Source of the DNA: Nitrosopumilaceae archaeon
GTDB taxonomy: Archaea > Thermoproteota > Nitrososphaeria > Nitrososphaerales > Nitrosopumilaceae
Reading direction: 5' to 3'
Length of the DNA: 64,000 nucleotides
Assembly (NCBI GenBank): GCA_965207375.1
Contig: OZ242274.1
Location: 2,092,696 to 2,156,695, forward strand
The notes under the pieces are model-generated. The model saw only the letters and a list, made by a program, of their open reading frames with translations. It had not been told where the DNA came from and did no database searches. The position numbers were made by a program, and so were the translations under genes. This document shows, one piece after another, positions 60,678 to 64,000 of this stretch. Each line of letters begins with the position of its first letter. The first letter of the stretch is position 1.

Positions 60678-60758
60678 GGATTCTTCTGCATTAATTGTTG
60701 GTAAAAGTCAATATACAAATTTTCTGTAGATTGACCCTGCCTAAAATTTCTTCAATTA
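60678..60758. repeat. Direct repeat B, copy 1
   Basis: ggattcttctgcattaattgttggtaaaagtcaatatacaaattttct...ttcaatta matches 62306-62337 joined to 63642-63691 (about 10 differences in 82). Confidence 0.85.
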
Positions 60759-60981
60759 TATCATTTTGTTCTTATGCATGTAAAAGAGATCAAAAATTTA
60801 ACCATTTTTTTCAAAACTTGTTAATCCACATGATCCAAATGTATCACGACGTGTAGTCCTATCGAATTCACAGTGGGAGTGGGATCTTGTAGAACTTGGA
60901 CTACTATCATTTAATTTCCTTGATCTGGAACATAAGATTACATGATTACGATAGTATGGATATTATACTTGGGATGAAAAT

Positions 60982-61800
60982 ATGAATAATAATAAGATGA
61001 AAAACATTACAAACAAAACAAAGACAATATTGTTGTCCTTTTTGATTGTTGCAATAATTCTCCCCTTTAGTGCAATGAATTTCGCAGAAGCACAACAAGG
61101 AGAAAAATATACTGCAAATGATATTAAAAATGCCATAACTAAAGCAGATCAGTACATAACAATAAAAGAACATATTGTTACATTTGATAAAAAATCTGCA
61201 AAAGATACCATGAGTAAACATGAGATCAAGATCATATATGATTTTGTCAAAATGCAAAATGATTATGTGGACAAAGTAAAGAAAAATCCTAACAAAAAAC
61301 ACCAAATGGATTCAGAAATCAATGATAAGTTTGCTGAACTCAAAAAACAAGTAAAGGAATCTAAAGTAAAAAATATTGATTTTGCTCAGTGGATTTTACC
61401 AAAAGCTTTTGCTTGGACTGATGTTTGCGGTGGCTCTTTTGATAATCCTCATGATGAATATGCCAAAAAGACAACAGGTACATATTCCACTGAGAATGTA
61501 GCAGCAGTTGCAGCTTTGAATATGGGATATCATCAAGTGCCGATCTATGCATCTGATCCATTATCATATTTTGAAACAGTAGATATGGGAAAATCCATTA
61601 GTGCATATAATTGCAATTTTGGAGCATTCCGTGATCAAATAGTTGTCACTGAAAATAATAGTAACTATGACCATAGAAAACAAATCAAGGAACCCAATCC
61701 TGAATTTCTAAGTTTTAGTGCTCCTGTTTGGTGGTGGACTTGGTATACTGCTCAATGGCATACACCCGGATTAGGACAGACAATTATCACTAGCTGGTAA
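60982..61800 (+). CDS. Secreted hypothetical protein
   Basis: Signal NKTKTILLSFLIVAIILPFSAMNFAEA; Lys-rich N-half; Trp-rich C-terminus. Confidence 0.75.
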   Translation: MNNNKMKNITNKTKTILLSFLIVAIILPFSAMNFAEAQQGEKYTANDIKNAITKADQYITIKEHIVTFDKKSAKDTMSKHEIKIIYDFVKMQNDYVDKVKKNPNKKHQMDSEINDKFAELKKQVKESKVKNIDFAQWILPKAFAWTDVCGGSFDNPHDEYAKKTTGTYSTENVAAVAALNMGYHQVPIYASDPLSYFETVDMGKSISAYNCNFGAFRDQIVVTENNSNYDHRKQIKEPNPEFLSFSAPVWWWTWYTAQWHTPGLGQTIITSW

Positions 61801-61846
61801 TTGTCACATAATCTTTTTTATTTTGGTTTTGTTAAAATAACATATT

Positions 61847-62233
61847 ATGAACATAATTAAAAAAACAACAATAATTTTGATAGTTATTGTTTTTTCTGGG
61901 CTAGGTTATGTTGTGTATTTTTCAACTTATGCAGGTATTGTACCATTTAACGGCGAACCTGAAAATAATTTGGAAATATTAAGGCAGAATCCAGATATTA
62001 ATAAATTTTACAAAACATATGAAAAATATGGAATTACTATTGTAGATATGACTGAAAGTCAAGTTGAATTTGCATTTATTGCCCAAGATGGAGAAAATAA
62101 ACAGGTTACAATGAGGATCAAATATTTTGATGGAAAACCTATGTCTTTTTCTCATAATTGTAGTCAAGTTGATCCTCGAGAAAGATTATTCCTAGAGGAA
62201 AATACCATAGAAAAAAATTGTTTTGAATATTAA
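61847..62233 (+). CDS. Small membrane-anchored hypothetical protein
   Basis: N-terminal TM helix, two C-terminal Cys. Confidence 0.7.
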   Translation: MNIIKKTTIILIVIVFSGLGYVVYFSTYAGIVPFNGEPENNLEILRQNPDINKFYKTYEKYGITIVDMTESQVEFAFIAQDGENKQVTMRIKYFDGKPMSFSHNCSQVDPRERLFLEENTIEKNCFEY

Positions 62234-62337
62234 TAAGGTCATAAATTGATCCGACGTTTTTTGACGGTGAGAAAAACCGATGTAGATTTGATAGAACCTG
62301 GTTATGGATTCTTCAGTATTAATTGTTGGTAAAAGCC

Positions 62338-63636
62338 CAGTTAACCCACCAGTAGATAACAAGTAACGATATTCGTCAAAAAAAATAAACCGAAACAGAT
62401 CAATAAGGCCCGCCTCTGAAGATTTGATATGAAACAAAACCAAAAGAGGCTGACAATATAATGGATAATCCACTCACATATCAAAATATCGCCGCACCTT
62501 TGAAGAAATTCATAGAATTGTGCGGCATCATATCAGACCACGACAACAAAGAGCACGATGCATCAGATATGACAAAGATAATGACTGGAGCCGCAGCTTT
62601 GACTGCATCAGCAGGAGGATATGCAGAAGGCAAGAGAAAAGCAACAGGTACATCTGGAGGGGATGAATGGGTAAGAAAGGCATTTGCACGTGCAGACCCA
62701 GAAACTGTACAAAATGCATTTGATGAGATAATAGAATATCAACTAAATCAGCTCAAAAAACTCAAGAATGACAACACTCCAATTATAATGGCATTTGACA
62801 AACACCTCATACCAAGATATGATAAAAACCCAGGTCCTGAACTGCTGCGTTCCAAAAGCAAAAAAGGTACATGGAAGTTTGAAGGGTACATCACAGCACA
62901 GTGCGTTGACCCAGGACTTAGAATGACTCTAGCTGCATATCCAATCGGTGCAGGCGAGTCAACTGCTGATTTTGTGCGTAAAATCGTGTATAAATGCCAA
63001 AGTTTTGGCATTCCGATCAAATGTGTTTTGATGGACAGGGAGTTTTTTGCAGTTGAGACACTAGATGCAATGGATAAGGCAAAGCAGACCTACATGACTC
63101 CATGTAAAAACACGCACAATGTGGTAACAGCACTTGACGAGTTTGACGCAAAGGTTCGTGATGGAAAATCTGAATGCATACTTGAGAATCATAACAAGGC
63201 TGTAAAATATATCATGATGATAGTAAAGCGCACTGCCCGCAAATGTAAACACGGCAAGTCGTGTCAGGATTGCAAGCCAGAAAAACCAAGTGAAAAATAT
63301 ATTGGATTTGCGGCTAACTCAAACGAACTAGACGTTGCAGCATACATGAAAAGATGGGGCATTGAAACAGGGTATCGCATGATTGAGGATCTTCGAGTAA
63401 AAACCCGCAGTACTCGTCCTGGTGCAAGATTGCTGTGTTTTACAGCATCAATCATACTGTATAATCAATGGGTGGTAATTAATGCAGAATCTGGTTTTGG
63501 ATTGAATGACTCTAAATGGTATGGAATTTCATTTGTTACACTTGAGTTTAAAATTGCAATGATATACGAATATCAGATCAATCCAAAGCCTCCGCCGGAT
63601 ATTACAGCAGATTCTGCGTTGCTGGTGGGTTAACTG
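62338..63636 (+). mobile_element. ISH3-family insertion sequence, copy 2 (1299 bp)
   Basis: Same TIRs as copy 1; 5-bp TSD AAGCC (62333-62337 / 63637-63641). Confidence 0.95.
62461..63633 (+). CDS. ISH3-family DDE transposase
   Basis: 390 aa, differs from copy 1 by two V/A substitutions. Confidence 0.92.
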   Translation: MDNPLTYQNIAAPLKKFIELCGIISDHDNKEHDASDMTKIMTGAAALTASAGGYAEGKRKATGTSGGDEWVRKAFARADPETVQNAFDEIIEYQLNQLKKLKNDNTPIIMAFDKHLIPRYDKNPGPELLRSKSKKGTWKFEGYITAQCVDPGLRMTLAAYPIGAGESTADFVRKIVYKCQSFGIPIKCVLMDREFFAVETLDAMDKAKQTYMTPCKNTHNVVTALDEFDAKVRDGKSECILENHNKAVKYIMMIVKRTARKCKHGKSCQDCKPEKPSEKYIGFAANSNELDVAAYMKRWGIETGYRMIEDLRVKTRSTRPGARLLCFTASIILYNQWVVINAESGFGLNDSKWYGISFVTLEFKIAMIYEYQINPKPPPDITADSALLVG

Positions 63637-64000
63637 AAGCCAATATGCAAATTTTCTCCAGATTGTCCCTGGACTGAAATTTCTTCAATTACAGCATAAT
63701 TTGCTCGTATACAGGCAGTAATCACAAAAAAGATTGGAATCATGAATTCTATTATTATGGTGTCGTCATGCCTGATTACACGGGTTTGAGTTCCATTCAT
63801 TTTTAAAATCACTATGCTAAAGAATCGTGATCATGATTTGAACAAATTGTAAGTTTTAGTCACAACGTGAACAAGTACATGGAATTTATTGTTTTAATCT
63901 TTTTGTAAAATCACTACACATATGTCAGTGGCGACTAGCAATCTTTTGATAATTGTATCATTTGGCACTATGTGAAAGAATTTCATTGCATGTTTTTTGT

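Larger units (their letters stand above)
62306..63691. repeat. Direct repeat B, copy 2, split by the ISH3 insertion (62306-62337 + 63642-63691)
   Basis: Removing the IS and one TSD reconstitutes a match to 60678-60758. Confidence 0.85.

Noticed and set aside
401-63455. Numerous short antisense or nested ORFs in the track
   Set aside because: They lie within well-supported genes and carry no recognisable motifs
42174-63641. Composite transposon that inserted as a unit
   Set aside because: Each IS copy has its own TSD; the outer flanks differ

Overview
This is a chromosomal window from an ammonia-oxidising archaeon (Nitrososphaerota/Thaumarchaeota, most like Nitrosopumilaceae). The assignment rests on scpA-scpB-rps8e-srp19-gar1-tfb, an intron-containing tRNA-Leu(CAA) and lineage-typical C-terminal IPxW(I/V)KxNA repeats. 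The core backbone carries tetrapyrrole genes (hemL-C-cobA-hemD; sirC-hemA-hemB; fused ahbAB; a chlorite-dismutase/ChdC-family gene), SUF genes (sufBD-Rieske-sufS-sufU plus a distant sufC), pgk, an ars module (aquaporin-arsC/arsR), sbtAB and pstSCAB-phoU. There are four IS elements: two near-identical 1299-bp ISH3-family copies with 5-bp TSDs, a frameshifted ISH3-family relative, and a single-ORF IS66 element with an 8-bp TSD. Most notable: (1) an AT-rich defence-like islet between tfb and sufC, made of a wHTH/degenerate-NTase gene and an overlapping nucleotidyltransferase gene with an operator palindrome, bracketed by diverged ~85-bp direct repeats, and a convergent wHTH-HNH nuclease; (2) a second two-gene cassette bracketed by ~80-bp direct repeats; (3) four Cys/His-rich microproteins missing from the ORF track, including a metallothionein-like peptide; (4) a 1550-aa secreted metzincin with Ig-like repeats. 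All calls come from motif recognition and by-eye alignment; no searches were run.
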